Positions 28,690 through 42,910 of a stretch of DNA of 64,000 nt are shown piece by piece. Position numbers and translations under genes: made by a program. The DNA is taken from the NCBI RefSeq assembly GCF_009914755.1, contig NC_060940.1; one strand, 5' to 3'. How positions within the stretch are numbered: position 1 is the stretch's first letter; each line of letters begins with the position of its first letter. This DNA is from the human T2T-CHM13v2.0 reference genome, Homo sapiens. The notes below the pieces were generated by a model. The model saw only the letters and a program-made list of their open reading frames with translations, was not told the DNA's origin and made no database searches.

Positions 28690-29470
28690 CGCACAGTGAA
28701 TCATAGGCTCTCCCATGTCAGATTCTGTGGAAAGGATGTTAATAGAGACAAAAGGACACTGTTGGCGCGTTATTAATGTTAAAAATTGTTGACGTTCCAT
28801 GCAGTGTGTTTTTCTAATTAGAGCCAAGCTGCAGAGTACCATTTCCATAATCAACATGGGAACGGAAACTCAGCAAAATTTCATGTATTTGCAATGAAAC
28901 TGCTCCCCGGCAACATAAAAATGGCTTTTATAACATAAAGGCTGTAATTAGAATAAGTCAAATCAGTTGGAAACGATTAAGGCCGGAGTAGGCAAAGCTG
29001 CCTTCTAAATATTTGTCTGGAGATTAGCCTACTCCTGCAGCTCTGAGAAGCATCTTTGATTTACTTATACTGCTCGACGTGGCAAAGATAATCTTGTGGA
29101 AGGCAAACGAATACAGATTTAGATGTGCTGGTCGGCCCCTTCTGCAACTTGACAGGAGGCAGTCCATTGGAAGCAAAGTCAGAAAAAAAAAATGAATATA
29201 GGGTCATATTAGACAAATTGCTTAAAAAAAAAAAAAGCACACCGCGATCATCAATTTAAATTCTTTTAAAATGTGCTAGGTCTTTGAAGCTTTTAGGATG
29301 CACTTTAGAAGTCCACGTGGAATAATCCCTGCATGTCAGTGCGACAGTTGATGTGCGTCTCATTGTATTTAAAATTATAGTTCTGAGATGGGACTTGCTC
29401 CGCGATGCTTGTCTGACATCAGCTATTAAAATACAAGTAAATCTTGGCAGGTGGGAATTTAAAAAAGAAA
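28690..29470. promoter_or_regulatory. Putative conserved non-coding enhancer block
   Basis: TE-free; TAATTA at 28815 and 28945, CATAAAA 28914, TTTTATAA 28926; CpGs retained. Function is inferred only. Confidence 0.4.
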
Positions 29471-31153
29471 AGATTATATAAGAAAAATCAGAATGGTTAA
29501 TGTTAATTTACTAACCAGGGTACAGTGGCTACAGAGAGTTCTTCATGTCCTCTCTCTATTAAGATGCTGATGCGAGAAACACCTTATGTTTGCCAGGGAT
29601 GGGGATGGAGATTGTAAAGTGGATGTGAGGGGGTAAAGAGTGCTACTTTGGATGTCAGTCCATGGTTTGGGTCCTCTGGGGCCACGGTGAGCATGATGGT
29701 GAGACAGGTTCATTTTATTAAATTCAGATTAGCCGTTTTGCCCTGTCCTGGGAGGGCAGAAGAAGGTAATCAAGGAGAGATGGCGGGACAATAACTGCTC
29801 TGGGGATCAGACTGGAACATCCACGGACTCCAGCCTTCCTTTAGAAGGGCGTAATTCGTCCTCACAGACTCCTCACTCATTTGTAAACCTCTCTGAATCC
29901 CAAACTTGTGTGCGTGTCTGCATTTAGCCATTGAAAATATAATCAGGCTAATGCATTCTCTTACTGAATTTTAAACCAGCCCATTAAAACTCCTTTAACG
30001 TGCTAAAGTCGGCTTCAGAGAGGGTTTCCATTTCATCTTTATTGAGCTGAGGCTATGGTTCATTCTCCCTTTGCACCACAGTGAGCGCCTGTCAATAATT
30101 CAATAGCGTAGCCTTGATGGGCCCAGGCCCAACCTAGACTTTCAACCACGCCAAGCAGCTTGTCAAAGCCTGATGCTCTGTCAATGGCTGACTGATCTAT
30201 ACTGCATGAATCCCCCCCTTCAGCTCTTGATGTGTCCCTGGGAATAAAAAGAAAGCCATTTCAGAAGTCAGCCCAGTGAGAAGCACCTGTATGTAGAGAA
30301 TCTTTAATGAGGGCAGGTCGCGCTGTGGTGGAGCAGAGTTCAGCGGAAACCACCGCACTTTGTTTTGTTGAGCCAACGCAGAGTCTCTCTGTGCACTCTC
30401 AGTGTGCACAGAGGAGCATGGTCCTCGCGCTGGCAAATGGATGCCCTTGTCCTTCTGCTTAAGTCTTCTTTACGCAGGCCTTCGCGCTGTGTCGTCTTCA
30501 CCATTGCAGGAGGCCTTGAACTCAGAAAATCCAGTGCAAGGAGCAAAACATCTGAATCATATGATCATGCCCCAGTGGCTCTTCTTCAGGTGCCAGTGAC
30601 GGTGATTTGAACCTTCATGTCCCTCTTTTCATGGAACGTCATGAGTCTGTACTGGCTAAAGAGTGCTGTGAAAGGCAGATTAAAAAAAAAAAAAATCCAG
30701 CCTCACCTTTCTTTCTGGGTGGAGGAAAAGGCATCCATTCACTTTAAGAAGAAAACAAATCATTTGTATTCTTCTTGTCTGGACACAATTTTTAACCCAG
30801 AATTATCCACCTAGTTCCTCCCATCTCCAGGCCTTGTAAGTCGATAGGAGATTTGCAAATATCTCCCTTAAAGAAAGGCAACGAGGAGAGCATTTAATCC
30901 ATGTTTTAAATGCAAAATGTCTTGAGTCCCAACGCTGCTCAGTTTTTCCTGAAGATAAATTTTAGCTGGATTAAATAACTGTTTTAAAGGCACTATTCAT
31001 GCAAGTGCTGTCTCATTTGTGACTGTATCTGCATTGCTAATGGATGTGTCTTTTCCTCATGCATATTCTTTCCTGAGCATCTACCGCCAAATTTACAGAT
31101 TGCTTGCTTGTCAAATTGGGATGGGGTTTGAGGAAGAGGTGACAATGATCTAG

Positions 31154-31510
<357 letters not shown>

Positions 31511-32201
31511 CCAAATGTTTTATGGTAACATAAATTCATGCCACTGTGGCCTGCTGGTCTTCCCAATTAAACAGCAGAGAGTTTGTTATCCCAGCCACAG
31601 CATATTAGGGTGGAGCCAGGTAGGTATGTGAACTAACACTGTGAAAAAGCAAGATTGTTTTTAAGGTAAGCTTTCGAGGAGGGGGAAAGGAGGTAGAAAA
31701 TGAATATGGTGATTTCAGAGAAGAAAATCTCTCCCAAGCCTATGTCCCTTTGTATGTCCACAACCCCAGTTAATGATGGGTATGGCTTATGAAGGCACTG
31801 AGAGCCCAAGGAATGTGGCCAGCATTAGGCGGCATTTGAGCTGGGTCAGTGAATCCTCAGGCGTATAGGCAATTAGGACTTAGAGATCCTGTTGTGATTT
31901 TCATACTTTTAATCTGGAGAGTTGCTTAATGAATTTATTAATTCATTTATTTTTAGCCTCACAGGTTTTGCTCCAAGACTCAGGTGAATGAGTAACACAG
32001 TACTGATAAAGTTGAGCTTTTCTGTTTAGGGCTGGGGAGGAGGGAAGAAGGAAAGGAAATGAAACCCAGGGCTTTGCATCTTCCTCTTCAACTTCATCCC
32101 TTCCTCTCTATTCCTCACATTTAGCAGCCCTCAAGGGGGCTACAAGGAATTTTTCAGGGTCCAGCGTGGCCTAATATGCCAACTTCTGATATAGTACAGC
32201 T

Positions 32202-32375
32202 CAATTAGCCTGGCATGGTTGTGCACAAATGTAGTCCTAGCTGCTTTGGAGGCAGAGGTGAGAGGATCAGTTAAGCCCGCCCAGAGTTTGACGTTGCGCT
32301 GAGCTAGGATCATGCCACTGTGCTTCAGCATGGGTGACAGAGGACCCATTTCTTAAAAACCAAAGAAAAAAAAAA
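32202..32375 (+). mobile_element. Alu right monomer (FRAM or truncated AluJ)
   Basis: aattagcctggcatgg...gtagtcctagct...gggtgacagag plus A tail. Confidence 0.85.
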
Positions 32376-32864
32376 GACAGCTGTTATTTTCCTAAGATAT
32401 CCTCTTTAAAGAGAAATGGAACAAGTGACCTGCCTTCCTCTATATGAGGTGGGGCTCACACCAGGGTTCTCCTGCTCACCATTGGCCCAGGAAACTCAGG
32501 AAATTAATGCTGCATGCGCATGACTTGGCGATTCGACCTCTGAAAGCTCTGCAAGGCTAGGAATTTATGCTTTAAGAACAATCAGCATCAAAGGCCTTGG
32601 CAGTGGTGGAGCTGTTAGCATATTAGTTCCATTTGAGATGGTGAAATGCCTTGGAAACTAAAAACCCTACCTAATAAAGTTTATTTTCAAAGGATTAGAG
32701 GTAGAGTTTTGCTCTGAGAGATGATGTTGCCTAAGCCTCCCATTACAGAAGAGCAGAGATGGGACTCTAGGGATTCATGGATGTGCCAGCGTCACTGGGT
32801 AGTGGTAAAAACTAAAACTGGTATCTGTTTCTCTCCTACTATAATATCTTTTTCACGTCAGGGC

Positions 32865-33070
32865 TTGTAAACCTGAAATCTACACTTTAGTTTCACCCAT
32901 ATGATTTGTTTTTGCTTTTTTCCCCCCTGTTATTAGCTGCCAACATTTAGATATGTAAAGATTACATTTAAAATCGAAATTTTTGGCTTCTTGCAAAAAA
33001 ATCAGACGATCTGGCATATTGAGCAACATCCGCACACTTCACCCACCAGCTGGAGCTCTGTAGCACCTGC
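32865..33070. mobile_element. Old hAT DNA transposon fragment (MER102/103-like)
   Basis: agctgccaacattt...ttttggcttcttgcaaaaaaatcagacgatctggca. Confidence 0.45.
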
Positions 33071-35019
33071 ACACCTCAGTGTGGAGATGAGCTTTCCACT
33101 CCCAGGTCAACACAGACCCTCTTACTCAGGACTCACCTTCGCCCAGCCTGCTTCACGATCCACTGGCTGTCACAGGCATTTGCCTCCGTAGTGCTCTCCT
33201 CCCACCCTTCCACAAATAAACGTGCCCAGAGATGCTGGCAGCCTGGAAGCTTTGCATCTGCATTGGGGCTGCCCGTTCTTTGCTGCCATGCCTGAAGATT
33301 TCACTAGCTCTTTGTCAGCACAAATGAGCTTTTCCCCTAGTTCATGGGGAGAATGGGATCCTGGCACATAGCAGAAAACATCTGGTAATGAATCCATTAG
33401 GCAGGCTGTTGCTCAGCCTCCAGGTGCCCAGGGGTCTGAGTGCTGGGCTGAACATGATGCATGAACGGGACCCCAGAGATTTTACCTTTTGGCCTTCGTT
33501 CTGCCAGAGCTCCGGCTTGGTCCTAAGGGGTCTCCTGACTACTCCAATGCCAGGTGTTCTCCCCAGCCATCCCCAAGCGAGAAGCTGGCCAGCCTTCTGG
33601 ATTCCCTCCTCTGCCTTCTCCAGCAGCAGTCCGTCTCCCAGCACAGCCTTCCTTAGGCACACAAAGGAGAAGACAGAGATCATTTTTGGCAGACGTAAGG
33701 AGCAGCATTTGTCGAACTCTGGGCCCTGCAACTCTGTGAACAGACCTGCATGCTGTACAAAATTATTAGAAGCCCTGTGTCTCAGGGCTCAAGGAGGTTG
33801 GGCAGGGAGGTGAGAGTGAATAAAAATGGGGAGGCCGCAAACTGCTTTTGCCCAAGGGCTGGTTTTAATGAGCTTGTCCCTAATGAGTTGTCCCTGCAAC
33901 TAGCTTCAGGCCTAAACAGATGAGGCAGGGATTCTGCTAAATTTTTGATAGGATTTGCACTGGTTTTATGAGAAAGCAAGCAGTAGAGAGTGCAAAGTTG
34001 GGTCATGAATCTTTTACGAGGGTGGATGGTTGTCCGTCTTGTCAACCGGAACGAGAAAGACCTGGTTGCTAATAGAAACCATGGCCTCAGACGTCGATCG
34101 TCACCCACCAGATCAGCTAATTTGGTCAGGGTGGCTGGGTGATTTGTTTTTTTTCTGATTCAGGACCTGGCCTATGGCCCCTGAGAAGGATTTATCTGAA
34201 AACTCCATCAAGGAGATGATTTGAGCCATTGCCTGTTCCTGACTAATGATCTTTTGTGGAACTCAAGCCATATTGGGGATTTATACCTTTCTCCCATAGT
34301 GCACTGGGAAGGAAACACCATCAAACACTTTAATTAACATCCTTTTTACTTTGGGCAGCCCCATTCGTATCAAAACCACAAACCTTACCCTTCAGTTGCA
34401 CGAGAACACTCTTACCAAGGATAAAATGTGATTTTCGATTCCTATGGAGATGTTTCTAATGTTTCTAACACCCGTCAATTCTAGGATCGCGTGGTACAGG
34501 AGATTTCATGTACTACCACCTTTTTTTTAAATATTAAAAGCTGCCAACAAATGCATTTCTCCAGTTTGATTCATATACCAAAAGGCAATTTTCTTGGTGG
34601 CTTAGAAGGTTACAGAAAATGCTTGATCAGCAGCCTTTACTGTGCTGAGTGAATTCCTACCCCATCCCCCTCCTGTCTCACACACTCTCTTTCACATTAA
34701 TCATGTAATTGATTTAATAAGCTCTGGCTTCAAGAGCTCCCCCTCCCCTCTTTCTTTGCCCCCTCCCCCTCTCTTATAAGATTTCAGTTCAGCGTTTGAC
34801 TGGTAGGCTAAGAACCTTGAATCCTGCCAGATATGAACCCAACAACCTTGTTGGTGTAATAAGTATCCTCATCTTATATTTCTGTGGCTCCTTGAAACAT
34901 AATTTTTAAGCCATTTCATTAATAGAGTTCAATGTAATAATGTAAAAAAGTGCAGCGTATTTCTATATATGTCTGTAGATGTAGACTTCTGTATATATGT
35001 ACTTTTCACAAACTTGAAA

Positions 35020-35200
35020 TCATTTCACATGTGTTGTCTTATTCAAACCTCTCTAAACCGAAAACTTTGAGAGTTGCCCAGAAGAGATCCGTTGCTCCTA
35101 TTTTATACATTACAAAACCGAAGTACAGACAGATGAACTATTTTAAGACCTTGAGGCTAATTAGGGATGCACGTGGCGTGAAAATTTTGGGCGTCTGAAC
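35020..35200 (-). mobile_element. MIR fragment
   Basis: tttcacatgtgttgtcttattcaaacctc...cctattttataca...aaaccgaag. Confidence 0.55.
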
Positions 35201-35856
35201 TTCCTACAATAGGGCACTACTGATTCTGTATTCCTTTGTTGCCTGAGGCATTCCTTTCTCTGGGAGAAAGCAAAGCTGTACATATTTATCTTCAAGAGAA
35301 ACTTCCACTTTGCCTATGAAGAAATAGTTAGAATTGTTTTCTGTGGTTGCCTCAAGTTAGAGGTGCTAATATACATGGAAGTTAAACAAGACCACACATG
35401 TGCAAAACTCTTGATGAATCACGTTATTATGCTAAACCAACGTTATACTAAACCAACATTAGCTAGGGTTATTAGTTCAGATTATAGTTATGCAGGTCTT
35501 CCGTGTTAAGTCTCATGTAAATATCTTCTGGAGCTTACATGTGTAGTTATCTATGTTCTAACCTGTTTCCTAATGGGTCATCCAGAAAACGTGGGTGTGG
35601 TCTGGCTGGGACAGAGTCCCTAGGATTGTGTCAGAGTCATTGTCGTAAGATATACCTATTCAGAAGTTAGTTATCTAGGTGTTAGAGTCTAGAGATGGGG
35701 CTTCAATGAGGGATGTCAATGGCAGTATGGGGAAAAGAGAACAGAGTTGAAGACTGAACAGCCTAGGGGGAGAGCAGAAAGCAAAGGCAGCTTTATAAAT
35801 AATAAAGATGTTCTGCAAAAATTCCTCTGACTGGGTTCTGATTGGCTTGGGTAGCC

Positions 35857-36143
35857 TTTTTTTTTGAGACAGGGTTTTGCTGTGTCTCCCAAGCTAGACT
35901 GCAGTGGCATGATCCTAGCTCACTGCAGCCTCAACCTCCCAGGCTCAAGTGATCCTTCTACCTTTGTCTCCCAAGTAGCTGTACCATAGGTGCACACCAC
36001 CACACCTGGCTAATTTTTACATTATTTGTAGAGGTGAGGGCTCCCTACGTTGCCCAGGCTGGTCCTGAACCCCTGGGCTCAAGTGATCCTCCCACCTCAG
36101 CCTTCCAAAGTGTTGGGGTTACAGGCATAAGCCACCGTGCCCC
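35857..36143 (-). mobile_element. Alu (AluJ-like)
   Basis: Reverse dimer with AluJ features. Confidence 0.92.
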
Positions 36144-38114
36144 ACTGACATTTTACTCTTAATCCTGGCCTGTATTTAAAGGGTCTGGGTGAATGCAGAT
36201 AGACAGACAGTTACTACGCGTAACAGCTTACCATGAATTCTAAGTCTCAACAAATCCGTAATCATGGTGTGTCATATGAAGAACATTTTCTAACTCTTAT
36301 TGCTGAGCCTGACTTTGAAGTGTTTGTTTTTTTTTTCTTCTTTTTTTCTTTTGGGAATAAGAAAAAGCAACGTTCTTGACTGCCCGGAAAAATACTGTCT
36401 TGTCAGCTGGGGATGCTTGGTGCTGATGAGGAATGTGGTACAGGGTGGGGATAGTCCCTTTTAAAGGGCTCAGCATGTGCCTGGGCAGTTAGCAAGGAGT
36501 AAACAAAGGAAAGTTGGTAATATTACTGCTAGTATGAGTATGAGTAAAATGAACAGTGGAAAGAAATTAATAATAGGAAATTAGTGATACTATGTGTTTA
36601 ATATGCATAGAGCCTCTGTAATCTTAGCTTCTGAACAATAGCACTCCCCACTACTCCTCTCTTAATCTGGAGGCCCATGGGTCTCCAGTACCCTTATGCA
36701 CCAGCTCCATTTGAGGAAATGAAAGTAGGAATCACAATATTTGCCCTGGATCTGCATAACTAGGACAAGCTTTTGAAAGTGGAAGAGGCCCATAAATGAA
36801 CTTCTCAAAATGCACTTGATACAGCATCAAATAGGAGTGACAGGTCCATAAATCAAGGGATTGGGGTCATTTGATTCAAATGTAAATTGTCCCCTGCCCA
36901 GAAAACTCATTGCCATGAAACCCTGCACAGAATCCAGAGAACATTTTCTTCTGGTCTCTTAGAAATTCAAAATACAAGATCTACATGGTACCACAGTTTT
37001 TGTTGCTGTTACTGTTGTTGTTGTGTGGTTTTTGTTGTTGTTGTTTTTGTTTTGTCTTTTCACGCGGGTGACGTTTGGAGATGCCCAAAGACTGATATCC
37101 CAAAAGTACCTAATCTACAACAACAAATATTTATAGAACCTTTATCTCAATATTTGCTCATTGAAGTGGGTTAATAAATGTCTGTTGAATGCTCTCAATT
37201 GGATGGTGAGTATTTTCCATTTTAGTTTAGCTGTGAAGCTTCGCTTTCCCTCCTATGCCTTTTGTTTTCTTGCCTAAAGAAGCCCATTTCAAGAGTCGGG
37301 GATCTTCTCTTTCTAATCTCAGCCTGCCCAACAATTTGTAGCATGGTCTTGCTACAGCCGCTTTGCTCCCCTGCTACTCCATCTTGTCTGAGATCTGGGT
37401 TAACTGGGACTTAACTCCTTGTCAAAGATGCTGTGTGAAATGACTAATTAACACCAGAGAAGGAAAGAGCATTGTCATTGACAAATAGGGCTTTTAATAA
37501 CCAGCAGTTCTCCTGGTTATTAAAGTTGGCTCTTGAGTCTCCCCAGACCCATGCGAATTGACAGGAAGGAGGATATTTTAGTTCCTTCTATGATTGAGTT
37601 GCTTGTCACTTGAGTTTGTAATCTCAGGAGTCACTTTATCCATGTTGTCCCAGGAATGAAAATGGTGTGAATCTAATTTCAGAAGTTTAGGAGAAGTAGA
37701 ACAAGGAGGCCATGATTTTCTAGTATAACTAGACAATTATTTTCAGCAAGTTCTCCCTCACTGTTGTGGGGTGAGTGCTCACATTTGCCTGCTGCTGAGC
37801 TATGTTTTAATGAGGTTGGAAGAAGCAAGAAGGTTGGGAAGATTGATGTTAATTGCATTTCTACCATACACTAAGCAGTGAGCAGATTTAGGATGACTAG
37901 TGTCCTATACTTCTCTTTCAAGATCAGATCAAGCTTCCTGAACCACATGAGCCTGTCTTCTCTTTACACCAGCAGCCTCAGTAACTCCCTGTTGGGCAAC
38001 CCCATAGAGCAAACACCAGAAACCCCAGAATTTTTCTCTTACTAAAGAAGACCCTCCACTGTCAACTTAAGCTCACGTTTTCCTATTTCTCAAGCCAAGG
38101 TAGGTCTAGGTATT

Positions 38115-38420
38115 TTTTTTTTTTTTTTTTTTTTTTTTTGAGACAGTGTCTCACTCTGTCACCCAGGCTGCAGTGCAGGAGTGTGATCTCGGCTCACTGA
38201 AAACTCCACCTCCTGGGTTCACAGCATTCTCCTGTCTCAGCCTCCCAAGTAGCTGGGACTACAGGTGCCCGCCACCACACCTGGCTAATATTTTGTATTT
38301 TTAGTAGAGAATGGGTTTCACCATGTTAGCCAGGATGGTCTTGATCTCATGACCTTGTGATCTACCCGCCTTAGCCTCCCAAAGTGCTGGGATTACAGGC
38401 GTGAGCCACTGTCCTCGGCC
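38115..38420 (-). mobile_element. Alu (AluSc-like) with TSD caaggtaggtct
   Basis: Reverse dimer, long poly-T, clear TSD. Confidence 0.95.
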
Positions 38421-38490
38421 TCAAGGTAGGTCTGGGTTTTATGAGATGTGACACTTACAGAATTTGGGAGCCCTCCGTAAGAAAAACATT

Positions 38491-38761
<271 letters not shown>

Positions 38762-39164
38762 GAGAGATTGCAATGAGATTCAAAATTACTAGTGCAGAGT
38801 TGCAGAGTTAGGGGTAGCATAAAAACACATTGCCTGAAGTGATGGTCTCTGAAGCCTAAGCCCAGTCACCTTCTCATTATCCATTTCTGTTCCCAGTTGA
38901 AACTTTGCAGTAATAAAGCTGATTTTATAAAGTGGTCAAGAGCTGTATCCCAAACTTTTCCTTGCATCTTCAGCTCTTCCTGTCTATGAACCTCTGCCTC
39001 TGTTGGCCTAGCCTCTCACTATCCTCTTCTTTTATTAAGCAATTAAGTATTGATTAAAAGCCAAGTCTAGTGAGAGCTAAATGCATTTGTTGAAGGTTAT
39101 AGGTCTTGTTATGGGAAAGCAGGAGTGGAATGTAGTTGAATTAACCTAGCCTAGAACAGATTTT

Positions 39165-39370
39165 TCTGTGTGTTCTATGAATTAGCTGTATCAGCATCAA
39201 CCCCCTGGAGGGGAGGGGTCAACAGGCATCTGCGTTAAATATGTACATTCCTAGGTCCCTTCCAAAGTACTGAATCAGGATCTCTGGGGTTGGGATGTAG
39301 GGATTTCCACTCTTTAGAAACACCCACCCTCCTTTCTTCTGAAGCATGTGAAAGTTGTAAAACAACTGAC
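39165..39370 (+). mobile_element. MER5-type DNA transposon
   Basis: tactgaatcaggatctctgggg... Confidence 0.55.
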
Positions 39371-39596
39371 TAATCTAAGGGCCACTGAAAGCTACTCTTA
39401 AGATGCAGCATTTACTTGAGACTCAAAGGATGAATGGCAGCTGCCAAGTGTATTAATTTCCTACCCCTTCCATAGCAAATTACTGCAAACAGAGCGGCTT
39501 AAAATAACAGAAACTTATTCTCTTAGTTCTGGAAGTTGGAAGTTGTAAATCAAGGTGTAGGCAAGGTGGATTCCTTCTGAGAACTCTAAGGAAGGA

Positions 39597-39961
39597 TGTA
39601 TTAGTTGATTCTGATGCTGCTAATAAAGACATACCTGAAACTGGAAAATTTACAAAGAAAAAGAGGTTCAGTGGCCTCACAGTTCCACATTGCTGGGGAG
39701 ACCTCACAATCATGGTGGAAGGCAAAGGAGGTGCAAAGACACGTTTTACATGGCGGCAGGCAAGAGAGTGTATGCAGGGCAGCTTCCCTTAATAAAACCA
39801 TCAGCTCTCATAAGACTAACTGACTATGGTGAGAACAGCATGGGGAAGACCCACCTCTATGATTCAGTTACCTCCCACCGGGTCCCTCCCATGACACATG
39901 GGAATTATGGGAGCTACAATTTAAGACGAGATTTGGCTGGGGGCACAGCAGAACTGTAGCA
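39597..39961 (-). mobile_element. THE1-type MaLR solo LTR
   Basis: TG...CA ends; gctgctaataaagacatacctga...ctcacaatcatggtggaaggc; 5-bp TSD aagga. Confidence 0.88.
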
Positions 39962-40176
39962 AAGGATTTGTTCTTTGTTTCTCTCCTGGCTCCTGGTGGC
40001 TCCCCAGCAATCCTGGGTGATCCTTAGCTTGTGGCTGCATTACTCCAATCTCTGCCTGCATTGTCACACATACATTTTCCTTCTATGTGTGTCTGTCTTC
40101 ACCTAATCTTCTTGTAAGGGCACCAGCCATTGGATTTAGGGCCCACTTTAATCCGGTATAATCTCATCTTAACTAA

Positions 40177-40593
<417 letters not shown>

Positions 40594-41028
40594 TAAAATA
40601 ATGTCTCATTACAAAGTCCTAGGTGGACATCTTTTTTGGCAGGGGGACACTCTTCAACCCACCATGCCAAGTGAAAGTAGTCAGTGGGGGAGAATGGCAG
40701 TGAAAATAGATGGATGAATTCAGAATGAATAGAAAACTTGAAGAGGTTTGGCAGGAGTGAGCCCTGCTTAGTTATCATCCAGGTTTCACTAACGCGCCCC
40801 TTGCCAACATGCAGTAGCTCTGAGTCATGATCTATCATATTGCCCTGTTTTGTAATTTTGCATTGTTTGTTTACTTGTTTAGCACCATCTCTTTAACCTC
40901 GTTAGACTTGAAATCTCTACTCAATTCAAGCCTGCACATCCGCAGTGCCTGAAACCATGGCTGTTACATAGTAGGTCTTGGTGATAATTTGTCAGTTGGA
41001 TAATTTTAGCTGGAGAAAAAGAAACATG

Positions 41029-41090
41029 TATGTGTGTGTGTGTGTGTGGGGGGGGGGTTGTTTTGTTTTGTTTTTGTTTTTGTTTTTTTC
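41029..41090. repeat. (TG)n, poly-G and (GTTTT)n compound repeat
   Basis: Seen directly. Confidence 0.9.
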
Positions 41091-41429
41091 ACCCATCCTG
41101 CAGAAAACACTGCTTCTGTGACATAAAGAGAACACCTTCACAGGGTAAAGTGTTCTTCCCATGAGGTCTAAGAGGAGTCTCAAATGCGAGGGGCTTGAAG
41201 ACATTTGTGAAGGGACACTATGAAACATATGAGAGCAGTGAGAAGTGGAGAGTTGTCTCTCTGACTGCAGTAGAAGGATGGCGAAACATCAGGGAGGGAG
41301 AAGGGCACTCCGGGCCAGTATTCAGGAGGAGAGCCTTGTGGCAGCTTTTCTGGGTGTGGATTTCAGAGCCTGTCATCATAGAAAGAAAAGAAGGAACTCA
41401 ATCTAAAGTATAAATAAAAGGAGAGACTT

Positions 41430-41801
<372 letters not shown>

Positions 41802-42889
41802 TTAACTCGTAAGGATTTGAAGATAACGGCCCCCGACTCCCACTTAGGTTACAGATGAAGATACTATGGCCCAGGGATGCTGCGTGAGTGTCTTAAGGAG
41901 GAAAAGAGCGTTAATGTGACATCTGGGATTCCAGGCTCCTTTCCAGACCTCTCCCCTTTTTCACTTTTCCGCCTGATTTAAAGTGAAAAGAAGGGTGTTG
42001 GCATCTATTAATCACCTACTGGGCGCCAGGCATGGATGCTAATGGTTAGGTCTTCAGGTTGCTGAGTGGGTGTTGAGGAGGAGGAACCAGTGACCCCAGT
42101 AGACATTGAAGAGGCTCAATGACAGCAGGAGGATTCAGGGGTCTGGTGGGGTGGATGGCATGCGACGGGCCCAGCATCAGCAGTGAGAGGGTAGGAGAAT
42201 GGTGAGTTTCAGGGCATGCATCCACAGCGTAGGTTGGTAACTAAAAGGCCAGCCCAGGAAGAGGCCTCTGCACATGAAACATAGAAGTGGCTGCCTCCTT
42301 CAATCACTGTTCTGATTAGATAAGACCTGGGCTTGGCTTCTGAGTGGTAAACTCAGAGGCAGCTGGGAGTCCCTGAGTGACAAGGAGGAGACTGGCATGC
42401 CAGGTAGGGCAGGCTGAGGGTTAAGGCTGTGGAGGGAGAAGAATCGTACTCAGAAAACATCCAGCTTTCTGGGGGATGAGGTTGTGCAGTCTGGGTGAGG
42501 GACATCGGATTTCTATGGAGGCTTTTTGGATGGGACCTGATATAATCATATAATATTGAATTCAGTTCTATGAGCTTTTGCTATGTACTTATTCTGTGCA
42601 AATTCTGCAAGGGATGTCTTGAACGGATGGTTCTTTCTTGCATTGAATGCAAATAGTAATTTATTTTGATTGAGATAGTTTTGGAAATTTCGGAGCAGTG
42701 AAATCCAAGTATTTCAACCTGGCAGGTTGAGGCAATAGGTAAGTTAACTTGGGCGGGCTCACTTTTCTATACATTTTGTGCTCGGGACCGTAATGCAAGC
42801 CCACTGCAAATGGCAACTTCATGTATCAACTTATAAGCAGTGGTGGAGGAGATCTCAACCCTACACTCATTGCTCCCTCTGGCTCTTAG

Positions 42890-42910
42890 AGACTGGCTTC
42901 TAAATTCCTG
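42890..42910 (+). other. Candidate 21-nt microexon
   Basis: ctcattgctccctctggctcttag|AGACTGGCTTCTAAATTCCTG|gtgagt. Confidence 0.3.

Noticed and set aside
31630-31672. Plus-strand tttttaag|gtaagc with upstream actaac
   Set aside because: AAG acceptor, short pyrimidine tract and intervening AGs make it too weak for a recursive site
33342-33813. Overlapping 129-aa and 141-aa ORFs on both strands
   Set aside because: GC-richer patch with no recognisable homology or convincing splice sites
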